Assembly (NCBI GenBank): GCA_003281715.1
Contig: QCBE01000004.1
Span: 7,932-71,931, forward strand
Origin: Prochlorococcus sp. AG-347-B23
GTDB taxonomy: Bacteria > Cyanobacteriota > Cyanobacteriia > PCC-6307 > Cyanobiaceae
Direction: 5' to 3'
DNA length: 64,000 nt
In this document: positions 9,332-19,208 of the stretch, piece after piece
Layout of the letters: each line of letters begins with the position of its first letter
Numbering within the stretch: the stretch's first letter is position 1
Notes under the pieces: generated by a model
Told to the model about the DNA's origin: nothing
The model's database searches: none
The model's input: only the letters and a program-made list of their open reading frames with translations
Program-made: the position numbers and the translations under genes

Positions 9332-9898
9332 TTAGCCTTCTAAAAAAATTATATCTTTTGCTTCTGATTGTTTTATCAAAGCCCATGGTAATTCAGCTCC
9401 AATTTGATTTTCAAGTAGAACAAGCCATTTACCCTCTTTATTAAAATTAATAATCGATCTTAACTCTTTATTTCTATTAATGTTGATACTTGCAGAAGAA
9501 ACAATGCTTCCTAAATATCCTGAACCCATACCTAAAAGACCTCCAATTAAGGATTCACCGATGTTATTCAAACCAAGAAAACCGAAGGTAGATAAATTTG
9601 TCATATTAGAAAAAGCTATTCCAGCTATAAAACCAAATGGCATTAACCATCTACTCATATTTTGTTGTCTGATCTTTTTATCAAGTTTAGGATTTAAAAT
9701 TCTTATATCTTCAAAATTCTGAGATTTGAATAAGATATTTGCTTTCGCATTTAGCAATTCTGTTTCATCTGATGATATTTTCTCATTTATTGGTGGGATC
9801 AAAATAGCTTCAGAGAGCATTACTGATTTTTCTTTGAAAACTTCAAATAGTTGGATACATTTATCAATGTCTTCAAATATCACAATACTTTTAGTCAA
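9332..9898 (-). CDS. Conserved hypothetical membrane protein
   Basis: WLMPFGFIAG and Gly-rich hydrophobic hairpin; abuts the S4 gene; TTG start. Confidence 0.75.
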   Translation of the reverse strand: MTKSIVIFEDIDKCIQLFEVFKEKSVMLSEAILIPPINEKISSDETELLNAKANILFKSQNFEDIRILNPKLDKKIRQQNMSRWLMPFGFIAGIAFSNMTNLSTFGFLGLNNIGESLIGGLLGMGSGYLGSIVSSASININRNKELRSIINFNKEGKWLVLLENQIGAELPWALIKQSEAKDIIFLEG

Positions 9899-9997
9899 AT
9901 TTCAATCCTCAAATGTTTGTGTGTTATTCAAATTAATAAAATAAGATACATACACTATAGATTAAGTTAAAGTAAAAGATTAAAGAACCAATCTTAA

Positions 9998-11584
9998 ATG
10001 ACAAAAGTTCTCATTACAGATCCAATTGATCAAACAGGAATCGATATTCTTTCACAAGTTGCTCAGGTTGATCAGAAGATCGGAATCTCAGACTCTGAGT
10101 TAGCTTCCATTATCAAAGATTATGATGCTTTAATGATTCGCTCTGGTACTCAAGTGACTGAAGAGATTATTAACTCTTCAAGTAAACTGAGAATCATTGG
10201 GAGAGCAGGAGTTGGAGTCGATAATGTAGATGTTAAGTCTGCTACGCAAAAAGGAGTCATTGTTGTTAATTCTCCAGGGGGTAACACAATAGCTGCGGCT
10301 GAACATACTATAGCTATGATGTTGGCCTTATCTAGACATATTCCAGTTGCTAATAGTAGTACTCTGTTAGGTAAATGGGAAAGAAAGAAATTTGTTGGAA
10401 ATGAGCTTTATAAGAAAAAATTAGGTGTAGTAGGTTTAGGGAAAATTGGTGCTCATGTAGCGAAAGTTGCTAATGCATTAGGAATGGAAGTTTGCGGATA
10501 TGATCCCTTTGTTTCAACTGAAAGAGCTCAACAAATCCAAGTTAAACTATCTGATCTAGAAGATTTATTCCAACAATCCGATTATGTAACTTTGCATTTA
10601 CCACGCACACCAGAGACAGAGAATTTGGTAAACATGGAGGTACTTAAAAGTATGAAAAGTAGTGCAAAATTAATTAATTGTGCTCGAGGAGGCTTGATTG
10701 ACGAAGAGGCATTAGCAGAAGCTTTGAATAAATCATTTATTGGAGGGGCTGCAATAGATGTCTTTTCAAAAGAACCGTTGGAATCTAATTCACCACTTTT
10801 GAAGGTTGAGAAGAATCTTATTCTCACCCCTCACTTAGGAGCATCTACTAGGGAAGCACAAGAAAATGTAGCTGTTGACGTTGCAGAACAAATCAGAGAT
10901 GTCTTGCTTGGATTATCTGCGAGAACTGCAGTAAACATTCCAGGTTTGAGCCCTGATATTATGGATAGTCTAAAACCTCATTTGCAGTTGGCTGAAACAA
11001 TGGGTCTGCTTATAAGCCAGCTTTCAGGTGGACAGATACAGAAACTAGAGGTTAAGCTGCAAGGCGAATTTGTTCAACATCCATCCCAGCCATTAATAAT
11101 AGCTAGTCTAAAAGGGCTTCTAAGTAAAGCTTTGGGAGATAGGATCAATTATGTTAATGCTTCTCTTGAAGCAGATTCAAGAGGCATTTCAGTAGTCGAG
11201 AGTAAAGATGAGGCAAGACCTGAATTTGCTAGTGGATCGCTTCAGTTAAACACTTATGGAGATAATGGAGACCATAGCGTGGCAGGAAGCATTTTTGCTG
11301 ATGGAGAATTACGAATTATTAGTATTGATCAATATCCTGTTAATGTATCGCCAAGTAGATACATGCTGGTTACAAGGCACAGGGACATGCCGGGTATTAT
11401 CGGTAAGCTTGGTTCTTTATTGGGTAGCAACAATGTAAATATTGCCTCAATGCAAGTTGGGCGCAAAATTGTTAGAGGAGAAGCTGTTATGGTTCTAAGT
11501 GTTGATGATCCAATTCCTAATAAGTTGCTTGACACCATTATTGAAGTAGAGGGAATTACCAACGCTAATCCAGTTACTTTATGA
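9998..11584 (+). CDS. serA: D-3-phosphoglycerate dehydrogenase
   Basis: GRAGVGVDN, GLGKIG, INCARGG, TPHLGAST, C-terminal ACT domain. Confidence 0.98.
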   Translation: MTKVLITDPIDQTGIDILSQVAQVDQKIGISDSELASIIKDYDALMIRSGTQVTEEIINSSSKLRIIGRAGVGVDNVDVKSATQKGVIVVNSPGGNTIAAAEHTIAMMLALSRHIPVANSSTLLGKWERKKFVGNELYKKKLGVVGLGKIGAHVAKVANALGMEVCGYDPFVSTERAQQIQVKLSDLEDLFQQSDYVTLHLPRTPETENLVNMEVLKSMKSSAKLINCARGGLIDEEALAEALNKSFIGGAAIDVFSKEPLESNSPLLKVEKNLILTPHLGASTREAQENVAVDVAEQIRDVLLGLSARTAVNIPGLSPDIMDSLKPHLQLAETMGLLISQLSGGQIQKLEVKLQGEFVQHPSQPLIIASLKGLLSKALGDRINYVNASLEADSRGISVVESKDEARPEFASGSLQLNTYGDNGDHSVAGSIFADGELRIISIDQYPVNVSPSRYMLVTRHRDMPGIIGKLGSLLGSNNVNIASMQVGRKIVRGEAVMVLSVDDPIPNKLLDTIIEVEGITNANPVTL

Positions 11585-11602
11585 AGAGACTTGTCCTCGT
11601 TA

Positions 11603-12514
11603 ATGGAAACTAAAGATTGGTATAAACTAACTTTTCTGATTGATAGTGATTCAGAAGAAATTATTATTTGGAAATTAAATGAGCTGGGAATATTTAGTTT
11701 TTCATTTGAATATTTAGTTAAAAATGACAATAAAAAAGAGGTTAACATATGGCTTCCAGTGGATGATTGGGGGGAGAGTTCTAGGTGTGGTTTTGAAAAA
11801 ATAATTAGCAAACTTCTAAATATTTATGCTCCTAAGAATCAATTTTTTGACTGGAGTATTATTAAAGAGGAGGATTGGTTGACAAGCTGGAAGAAATATT
11901 GGGCGCCTGAATTAGTAGGAAATCATTTTTTAATATTGCCTTGTTGGATAAATCTAGATGAAGAATTTAAAGATAAAAAAATCATAAAAATTGATCCTGG
12001 AGCCGCCTTTGGTACAGGGAGTCACCCTTCGACTTATCTTTGCCTGGAAAAAATGGAGAATATTTTATTTTCTGATAAAGAGGTATTAGATATTGGCAGT
12101 GGTAGCGGGATTTTGAGTGTCGCCGCAAGATTGCTTAATGCTAAAGAGGTTTGTGCAGTTGATAATGATTATTTAGCTATAAATTCAACTAAATCTAATT
12201 TCCAACTAAATTTTGGTAATTTAAACAACTTAAATACATATTTGGGATCTTTTAATGAGGTAATTTTAAAAAATCAATTTAAACAATTTGATTTTGTTTT
12301 ATGCAATATTCTTGCTGAAGTAATAAAAGAAATGATTCCAAATATTTATAATTGCTTGAGAAACAATGGGGAAGTCATTCTCAGTGGAATTCTGATTTCG
12401 CAAAAAGATGAAATTATAAAAATATTAATTCAGAATGACTTGAAATTATTGGATGTATCAACTAGAAAAGATTGGGCATGCATTTCTGCGCAAAAAACCA
12501 GTGATCCAATCTAA
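11603..12514 (+). CDS. prmA: Ribosomal protein L11 methyltransferase
   Basis: [45 protein letters not shown]. Confidence 0.95.
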   Translation: METKDWYKLTFLIDSDSEEIIIWKLNELGIFSFSFEYLVKNDNKKEVNIWLPVDDWGESSRCGFEKIISKLLNIYAPKNQFFDWSIIKEEDWLTSWKKYWAPELVGNHFLILPCWINLDEEFKDKKIIKIDPGAAFGTGSHPSTYLCLEKMENILFSDKEVLDIGSGSGILSVAARLLNAKEVCAVDNDYLAINSTKSNFQLNFGNLNNLNTYLGSFNEVILKNQFKQFDFVLCNILAEVIKEMIPNIYNCLRNNGEVILSGILISQKDEIIKILIQNDLKLLDVSTRKDWACISAQKTSDPI

Positions 12515-12648
12515 ATATAAGTTTTTCTTATAGATACTCTTTCATACATTTTATTGTGTCATTTTTTACTTCAAAATCTCACATATCGACCTAATCGATG
12601 TTAAAAATGTATTTAATAGGTATTAATTACCAACAATTTTTTTTTTAA

Positions 12649-12948
12649 ATGGCTTCTTACAAAGTTACACTCATCAATGAAGGTGAAGGTCTCAATTCAA
12701 CTATTGAAGTACCTGATGACCAATACATCCTAGATGCGGCTGAAGAACAAGGTATCGACCTTCCTTATTCCTGTAGAGCTGGAGCATGTTCAACATGTGC
12801 TGGAAAAGTTACTTCAGGTAGTGTAGATCAATCAGATCAAAGTTTCTTGGATGACGACCAACTAGAAGCTGGTTTTGTACTTACTTGTGTTGCTTATCCC
12901 ACATCTGACGTAACAATTACAACTCATGCTGAGGAAGAATTGTACTAA
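12649..12948 (+). CDS. petF: Plant-type 2Fe-2S ferredoxin
   Basis: [15 protein letters not shown] ... VLTCVAYP. Confidence 0.98.
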   Translation: MASYKVTLINEGEGLNSTIEVPDDQYILDAAEEQGIDLPYSCRAGACSTCAGKVTSGSVDQSDQSFLDDDQLEAGFVLTCVAYPTSDVTITTHAEEELY

Positions 12949-12993
12949 TTATAAAAATTTTACTTTTCTAAGTTGATTATTTATTATTTCTCT

Positions 12994-13020
12994 GCCACCC
13001 TCTATGAAGGTGGCTTTTTT
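12994..13020 (+). terminator. Intrinsic terminator of petF
   Basis: GCCACC-N9-GGTGGC followed by TTTTTT, 45 nt after the petF stop. Confidence 0.85.
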
Positions 13021-13024
13021 GTAA

Positions 13025-13393
13025 ATGGATAAATTTGAATTTTTCAAGACTGGCAGTGTTCAATCAAGTTATGGAGGTCAGTACAGTTATAAGGTGATTG
13101 GGCCATGTTGCAGACTTTATGATAGGGAAGAGTTACCTTGGCCTTGCTCAAGGCTTGCTTGGAGAAGTAAGGAGCCTAGTTGGAGAAGAATAGGGTCTAG
13201 GTTCGTTGCTGATATGGCTTCAAGAAAATGCCCATCTTACTCAGTGCAGATTTTGGAGCCTGGATCAAAACCTGTTGATACAGTTATAACTCTTTTTTCA
13301 AAGAAATTTTCTTCTGATATACAAGAATGGTGGTATAGCAAAAAACCAGGCTCAAAAGAGCCTGGTAATATCTTTCCTTCTGAAGTTAGTTAG
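13025..13393 (+). CDS. Conserved hypothetical protein (122 aa)
   Basis: ATG-started, Trp/Cys/Pro-rich ORF with gene-like codon use. Confidence 0.8.
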   Translation: MDKFEFFKTGSVQSSYGGQYSYKVIGPCCRLYDREELPWPCSRLAWRSKEPSWRRIGSRFVADMASRKCPSYSVQILEPGSKPVDTVITLFSKKFSSDIQEWWYSKKPGSKEPGNIFPSEVS

Positions 13394-13401
13394 CTTTAAA
13401 T

Positions 13402-13950
13402 TTATGCTTTTGGCTTTGGAGGCATGTAACCTTTTAAGCCGGTGCATTCAAGACTATCAATTGTATTAACTCCAGTTTGTGAGTTAGTTCCACTAGCTCT
13501 TTCACATAATGATTTTCTCTGAGAGAGATCAAGATTTGCATCAGTAAAGTCTGCTCCATCAATAATTGCTCCATCAAAAACACTTTTCATTAGCTCACCA
13601 TTAGTAAGATTTGCATCTGTAAAATCAGCATTATCAAAGCGTGTTGCATATGCAATGAGGTCCGTCATATTGGCTCCTTTAAAACTAGAGTTTTTTGCAG
13701 TTGTTACGCTCATATATGCGCCTTGAAGATTAGCTTCCCCTAAATCTTGATTGGATAAATCATATTTAACGTATTCAGTATTATGAAGGTCGGCGCCGTG
13801 AAGATCATCTTTTAGCACGTCAACTGATGAAGGATCACTAGGATAGAGTGCGTTTGTAGAGATTGGATTAATAAGTAAACCAATAATTAATGGAAGAAAA
13901 ATAAATAGTCTTTTACAAGACTTATGTAGTGATGAAAAAATAGAAACCAT
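13402..13950 (-). CDS. Pentapeptide repeat protein with signal peptide (probably thylakoid lumen/periplasm)
   Basis: A(D/N)L/Fxx repeats, hydrophobic leader, C-terminal LC..ASGTN..TG..T.DSL.C; ATG at 13950 preferred. Confidence 0.9.
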   Translation of the reverse strand: MVSIFSSLHKSCKRLFIFLPLIIGLLINPISTNALYPSDPSSVDVLKDDLHGADLHNTEYVKYDLSNQDLGEANLQGAYMSVTTAKNSSFKGANMTDLIAYATRFDNADFTDANLTNGELMKSVFDGAIIDGADFTDANLDLSQRKSLCERASGTNSQTGVNTIDSLECTGLKGYMPPKPKA

Positions 13951-14036
13951 TTCGATCAACATCAATATATAAAACCTATGACTATTATTCCATGGGTTGG
14001 TCATTTGCGACCCTTCTTCTCACGAACTGTTGCAGT

Positions 14037-14975
14037 TTATTTTATTTCTACCGTTAGAAAATCTTTTGCAAGTTCAGTATTCGGAAAGACTTTTTGAGCC
14101 TCTTTAAGCAAATCGCTTGGTGTGATTGCATTTTTATTGGTATATCTTGGACTTAAATGAGTAATAATTAATTTGTTTGTGTTAGATAATAATGCTGTTT
14201 TGGCAGCCATGATTGTTGTGGAATGTAATTTTTCGTATGCCATGCTTTCATCCTCCTCTGAAAAAGTCGATTCGTGTACTAGTAAATCGGCATTTTTTGA
14301 TAATGAAACAGCTGATTCGCTAAACACTGTATCTGTGCAATAAACAAAACTTTCACCCTTTCGAGGAGGTCCACAGAATTCTTTGCCATCGAATGTCCTA
14401 CCATCCTCTAATACGACTTTTTTACCTTGTTGCAGTTCTGAATAAATTGGTCCAGGTGCTATTTTTAGAGACTCTGCTTTTTTGATATCAAATATACCTG
14501 GCTTATCTTTTTCACTTACCCTAAAACCATAAGCAGGTATTTTATGTTTAAGGCAGGCACAATTTACTTTTATTTTGTTGTTTTCAAATAAAATTTTATT
14601 TTTTGATGCAAAATTTTCAACTTCCACAAAATGTAATGGGAAAGATAATTTGCAAAAACTACTTTTAAGTGCTGAATTTATAAAACTTCGCAACCCTGAA
14701 GGACCGTAAATTTCAATACCCTCACTATTTCCTGATAAACCTAAAGTAGCTAAAAGTCCAGGCAAACCATAAATATGATCACCATGCATATGGGTAATAA
14801 ATATTTTCCTGATTTGTGAAGATTTAATATTGCTTTTCATTATTTGATGTTGCGTTCCTTCTCCGCAATCAAAAAGCCAAACTTCTGATGACTGCGATAA
14901 TTTAAGTGCTAGGGAAGAAACATTTCTCGTTAAGGATGGGACACCTGAGCTCGTTCCTAAGAAGGTAATATTCAC
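14037..14975 (-). CDS. rnz: Ribonuclease Z
   Basis: FLGTSSGVP, FDCGEGTQ, THMHGDH, HESTF, THLSPRY; GTG start. Confidence 0.97.
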   Translation of the reverse strand: MNITFLGTSSGVPSLTRNVSSLALKLSQSSEVWLFDCGEGTQHQIMKSNIKSSQIRKIFITHMHGDHIYGLPGLLATLGLSGNSEGIEIYGPSGLRSFINSALKSSFCKLSFPLHFVEVENFASKNKILFENNKIKVNCACLKHKIPAYGFRVSEKDKPGIFDIKKAESLKIAPGPIYSELQQGKKVVLEDGRTFDGKEFCGPPRKGESFVYCTDTVFSESAVSLSKNADLLVHESTFSEEDESMAYEKLHSTTIMAAKTALLSNTNKLIITHLSPRYTNKNAITPSDLLKEAQKVFPNTELAKDFLTVEIK

Positions 14976-15048
14976 TTTTTTATAATATTTTTATTGTTAT
15001 ATCTGGATTAAATTTAGACTTTTAGTCAAACTTAGGCAAATTAAGCAT

Positions 15049-16239
15049 TTGTTTTTAAACAAAGTGATACTTAAATTTAAAAATAACTATAGTAAATGTT
15101 GCCTGATAAGTATTTTATTTATTTGTGTTTTTCAGAGTGAAAGTGTCTTTGCATCGAGAGAGCCAATAATTAGAGTTTTGATATCAAAAAATAATAATTT
15201 AAGGATCAGGTCAGATAGATCAATTCCTTTAACCATAGAGGGTAAATTTTTTTCAAGAAAAAAAATAAAAGGCTTAACTTTGAAAAATGAGAAAAATAGA
15301 AAAATTTTATATTTTGATAAGAACAAACAAAAAAAATATGACTTAAAAAGTAATCAAAAATTTCAAGTTAGTTCTTCTGATGGAAGAGGTATATGGGTAG
15401 GTCAGAAGAGATTTGCTGGTAAACTTAATCTCTTTGTTCTTGATTCTGAAATATTGGTAGTAAATGTTTTAGGAATAGAAAAATACCTTAATAGCGTAGT
15501 TGGTTCAGAAATGCCAACAAAATGGCCTATTGAAGCATTAAAGGCACAAGCAATTGCCTCTAGAACTTATGCTTTAAAGCAAAAGGGAAATAATTTATTT
15601 GATATAGATTCAACTCAAAGAAATCAAGTCTATAATGGCTTGGAGTCAAGAACTTATAAAACTATCAGAGCCGTTAAAAGTACAAGATCTTTGGTGCTGA
15701 CTTATAAAAATAAATTAATTAATGCATTGTTTCATAGCAGCTCAGGTGGAATGACAGAAAATAGTCAAGATGTATGGAAGAATAAATATCCATATTTATC
15801 AAGTGTGAAAGATTTTGATAGAAATAATCCAAAATTTAGATGGCAAAAAAAATTTTCGAGTAATGAATTAATAAATTTATTTCCAAAGATTGGAGGCTTA
15901 AAAAATATAGAGATTCTAGATATTACTAGCACGGGGAGGGTAAGAAATTTAAAACTTATTGGGGCTTATGGCTCTGATCAAATGTCTGGGGTAGCTTTAA
16001 GAAAAAGATTAGGCCTTAAGAGTAATTTTGTGAGATTTAAATTTTTTGAGGAAAAATTAAACAACAATTCTCCCCAAAATAAAGGTTTGATAGTTTTTGG
16101 ACAAGGATCAGGTCATGGGGTAGGAATGAGTCAATGGGGTGCTAAATATCTGGCGTCTAGAGGCCAAAAAGCTGAAAGAATATTAAAGCATTTTTATAGG
16201 GGTGTTCAGATTAAACCTTTTAGAAAAGATTACCTGTAG
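15049..16239 (+). CDS. SpoIID/LytB domain protein (peptidoglycan lytic enzyme)
   Basis: YLxSVVGSEMP, EALKAQAIASRTYA, QVYNG, GHGVGMSQWGA; start uncertain. Confidence 0.92.
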   Translation: MFLNKVILKFKNNYSKCCLISILFICVFQSESVFASREPIIRVLISKNNNLRIRSDRSIPLTIEGKFFSRKKIKGLTLKNEKNRKILYFDKNKQKKYDLKSNQKFQVSSSDGRGIWVGQKRFAGKLNLFVLDSEILVVNVLGIEKYLNSVVGSEMPTKWPIEALKAQAIASRTYALKQKGNNLFDIDSTQRNQVYNGLESRTYKTIRAVKSTRSLVLTYKNKLINALFHSSSGGMTENSQDVWKNKYPYLSSVKDFDRNNPKFRWQKKFSSNELINLFPKIGGLKNIEILDITSTGRVRNLKLIGAYGSDQMSGVALRKRLGLKSNFVRFKFFEEKLNNNSPQNKGLIVFGQGSGHGVGMSQWGAKYLASRGQKAERILKHFYRGVQIKPFRKDYL

Positions 16240-16242
16240 AAG

Positions 16243-17166
16243 TTATTTAGCATTAAGGACCAATTTTGGATTTATATTAGATTGCTCTTTATTTAAGAAG
16301 CCTATTCCTAGTAATGTTTGTTTTTTATCTATTACTTTTATAGGTTTTTTATAATCAAAAGACTTGCTTTTTTGGAAGTAATTAATATCAACTTTAATCG
16401 CTCTTCCTGTTTGCCAAAAATTGATTTGTTCTTCATTACTTAAGACAAATGTTGAAATGTGATTAAGAGCAGAAATTGTTGGAATAATAAAATTTTTCGA
16501 GTTTTTCTTTCCTTTTTCTTTTTCGATGTCAGATATTTTTATCGAGTTTTCTTCATCAAAGCCACAAGCTGAAATTCTTTTTAGTTGTAGAAGGCAACCT
16601 TCAGAATTGAGCATTTCTCCTATATCTCTCGCGATTGATCTTATATATGTGCCAGCTGAACATTCGATTTTTATTTCTATGATTCCGTTAATTTGGTCCC
16701 ATTTCATTAAGATAAGTTCGTCTATTTTTACTTCTCTTGGTGCTAATTCAAAAATTTCATTCCTAAAAGATTTTTGATAAGCTCTCTCACCATTAACGTG
16801 CACACTAGATACTTTTGGTGGAATTTGTTTAATAATTCCTCTAAATCTATTTAAGTATTGATCTAATTCCTCATAACTGATTTTAGGCCAACTTTTTTGA
16901 TTAATTATTTCTCCGTGAATATCATCAGTGTTTGTTCTTATCCCTAATTTAATTTGTCCAATGTAAGTTTTACCTTGAGGAAGATATTGAATAAATCTTG
17001 TTGCACTGCCGATTGCGATTGGTAATATTCCTATAACCTCAGGGTCAAGAGTTCCTGTGTGTCCGACCTTTTTTGTATTTAGCAACCTCCTAATTTGTTT
17101 AACACAATCATGCGAGGTACAGCCTTTATCTTTATTAATTACTAAGAATCCATCTTTAGTTTCCAT
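16243..17166 (-). CDS. truB: tRNA pseudouridine(55) synthase
   Basis: [19 protein letters not shown]. Confidence 0.96.
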   Translation of the reverse strand: METKDGFLVINKDKGCTSHDCVKQIRRLLNTKKVGHTGTLDPEVIGILPIAIGSATRFIQYLPQGKTYIGQIKLGIRTNTDDIHGEIINQKSWPKISYEELDQYLNRFRGIIKQIPPKVSSVHVNGERAYQKSFRNEIFELAPREVKIDELILMKWDQINGIIEIKIECSAGTYIRSIARDIGEMLNSEGCLLQLKRISACGFDEENSIKISDIEKEKGKKNSKNFIIPTISALNHISTFVLSNEEQINFWQTGRAIKVDINYFQKSKSFDYKKPIKVIDKKQTLLGIGFLNKEQSNINPKLVLNAK

Positions 17167-17242
17167 TTTTAATATTAAGAATACTTTGAGAAAGATTTAG
17201 AAACATTCTATGATTTTGTCATTGGAAACTTAGAGTAAGAAA

Positions 17243-17983
17243 TTGCAAAAAGATAAACTCATTTTAAAAGAGTTTTTAGACAATGCTTTTAATTTGAAAT
17301 CACATTTAATGGAATATTTATCTATTAGAGAATGTGATTTAGATGGATTCCTTGCAAATGCAAAGATGAATTTGGCAAATTCACATCCTGGGGATGCTTT
17401 GAATGATGTTTCAGATTTCTACACTGAGATTGTGGGAGATAGGCATGTAGCTGATTTAGCTGCTTGGCATATCACAAGTAAGGACTACATCGCAGATACT
17501 TTAAAACTTCAGCAGAGATTTTCTAGCGATTTAGTTTTGGATTTTGGAGGAGGAATTGGTACGCATGCCTTAGCTAACGCTATGTCTTCAAAAGTTGAGC
17601 ATGTTTTTTTTGTAGATATTAATCAAACAAATAGAAATTTTGTTGAATATAGGGCTAAGGAATTAGGCGTAGAAAAAAAAATTACTTTTTGCAAGACAAT
17701 ACAAGATACAAAAATATTGAAATTTGATACGATAGTTTGTCTTGATGTTTTGGAACATTTGGCAGATCCTGCGTCTCAAATTAAAAATTTCGGTGACATG
17801 ATGGATAGTAATTCTATTGCTCTATTCAATTGGTATTTCTACAAAGGAGATAAAAATGAATATCCCTTTCATATTGATGATAGTCAAATTGTAGAAAAGT
17901 TTTTTGAGACTCTTCAATCAAATTTTTTAGAAGTATTTCATCCTATTCTTATAACTACAAGAGCTTATAAGAGAATTAGATAA
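17243..17983 (+). CDS. Class I SAM-dependent methyltransferase
   Basis: [27 protein letters not shown]; TTG start. Confidence 0.88.
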   Translation: MQKDKLILKEFLDNAFNLKSHLMEYLSIRECDLDGFLANAKMNLANSHPGDALNDVSDFYTEIVGDRHVADLAAWHITSKDYIADTLKLQQRFSSDLVLDFGGGIGTHALANAMSSKVEHVFFVDINQTNRNFVEYRAKELGVEKKITFCKTIQDTKILKFDTIVCLDVLEHLADPASQIKNFGDMMDSNSIALFNWYFYKGDKNEYPFHIDDSQIVEKFFETLQSNFLEVFHPILITTRAYKRIR

Positions 17984-18236
17984 CTATATTAACTCTTTTT
18001 CTATTTCTTAAATTTCTTTTAATGCTTTCGAAACTAACTATGCCTTCTTTTAGTGCAAAAAGCGTGTCATCTTTACCTTTACCAACATTGTTTCCTGGCA
18101 AAAATGATGTACCTCTTTGGCGAATTAAAATTGATCCGGCAGTTACTCTTTCCCCACCATAAGCTTTTACACCCAATCTTTTGGAATTTGAGTCTCTACC
18201 GTTTCTTGTAGAACCTGTCCCTTTTTTATGTGCCAT
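17976..18236 (-). CDS. rpmA: 50S ribosomal protein L27
   Basis: [16 protein letters not shown] signature. Confidence 0.99.
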   Translation of the reverse strand: MAHKKGTGSTRNGRDSNSKRLGVKAYGGERVTAGSILIRQRGTSFLPGNNVGKGKDDTLFALKEGIVSFESIKRNLRNRKRVNIVI

Positions 18237-18245
18237 TAGAAATGT

Positions 18246-18686
18246 TTAATTTGTAGATTTTTCGGATTTCGGTTTAGTTTCCTTTTTTACGGTTTCCTTT
18301 TTTGAAGAAGACTTAGGAACGCTTTTACCTATTGAAATAGATTTTACCATAACTCTTGTAAGTTCTTGTCTGTGTCCCATCTTTTTTCTTGTCTTTTTTT
18401 TCGGACGCATCTTATATACAAGAATTTTCTTATCTCTTTTATGAGAAACTACTTCTAGTTCTATTTTTGCATCTTTAACGTAAGGTTTACCAACGGTGAT
18501 AGAATCTTTGCTCTTTAAAAGCAATACTTTCTCTAGTGTTATTTTGTCTTTCTCTTTTGCATTTAACCTGTCTATGTCGTAGTATCTGTTAACTTCGAAC
18601 CAAAATTGTTGACCTGAAGTTTCAGCTATTGCGTACAATTCATTATTGTTGTAGGAATTGTTTGATGATTTCTTTGAATTTGTCAT
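18246..18686 (-). CDS. rplU: 50S ribosomal protein L21
   Basis: YAIAETSGQQ, GKPYV, KMRPKKKTRKKMGHRQ; low-complexity terminal extensions. Confidence 0.97.
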   Translation of the reverse strand: MTNSKKSSNNSYNNNELYAIAETSGQQFWFEVNRYYDIDRLNAKEKDKITLEKVLLLKSKDSITVGKPYVKDAKIELEVVSHKRDKKILVYKMRPKKKTRKKMGHRQELTRVMVKSISIGKSVPKSSSKKETVKKETKPKSEKSTN

Positions 18687-18830
18687 ATCTTAGGGACGCT
18701 ATGAGGTTCAAATTTACAATTTGATTAAACCAAATAAGCAATCATAATAATTTGTTTATTTTCTTATTTTGTAGTGTAATAAGTCAAGGGTTGTTTTAAA
18801 TCTTTTATATCAATTTGAGGAACAATAACT

Positions 18831-19148
18831 ATGGTGGCAAGAAAAACATATATTTTAAAACTATATGTTGCTGGAAATACTCCTAACTCAATGAGAGCTT
18901 TAAATACTTTAAGAGAAATTTTAGAAAATGAATTTAAAGGAGTTTATGCTTTGAAAGTTATCGATGTACTAAAGCAGCCACAACTCGCAGAGGAAGATAA
19001 GATTTTGGCTACCCCCACCTTGGCTAAAATTTTACCTCCACCAGTTAGAAGAATAATTGGTGACCTTTCTGATAGAGAGAAAGTTTTAATTGGTTTAGAT
19101 TTACTTTTTGATGAATTAACTGAAACTGAATATAGTGGAGATAAATAA
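18831..19148 (+). CDS. kaiB: Circadian clock protein KaiB
   Basis: [36 protein letters not shown]. Confidence 0.99.
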   Translation: MVARKTYILKLYVAGNTPNSMRALNTLREILENEFKGVYALKVIDVLKQPQLAEEDKILATPTLAKILPPPVRRIIGDLSDREKVLIGLDLLFDELTETEYSGDK

Positions 19149-19208
19149 AATATATATAACTTTAAAAAAATACAAATTTGATGTTTATTTTTTCTTTAGC
19201 AAAAAACT

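Noticed and set aside
12585-12599. ATCGA-N5-TCGAT inverted repeat upstream of petF
   Set aside because: Only 5-bp arms and no match to a Fur box or other motif I can name
13530-13810. Repetitive sequence in the pentapeptide gene
   Set aside because: Protein-level A(D/N)Lxx repeats, not a DNA repeat or CRISPR array
14014-14040. FSRTVAV reading resembling a cyanobacterial tmRNA tag
   Set aside because: No tRNA-like acceptor or T arm nearby, no terminal AA-stop, and too little space
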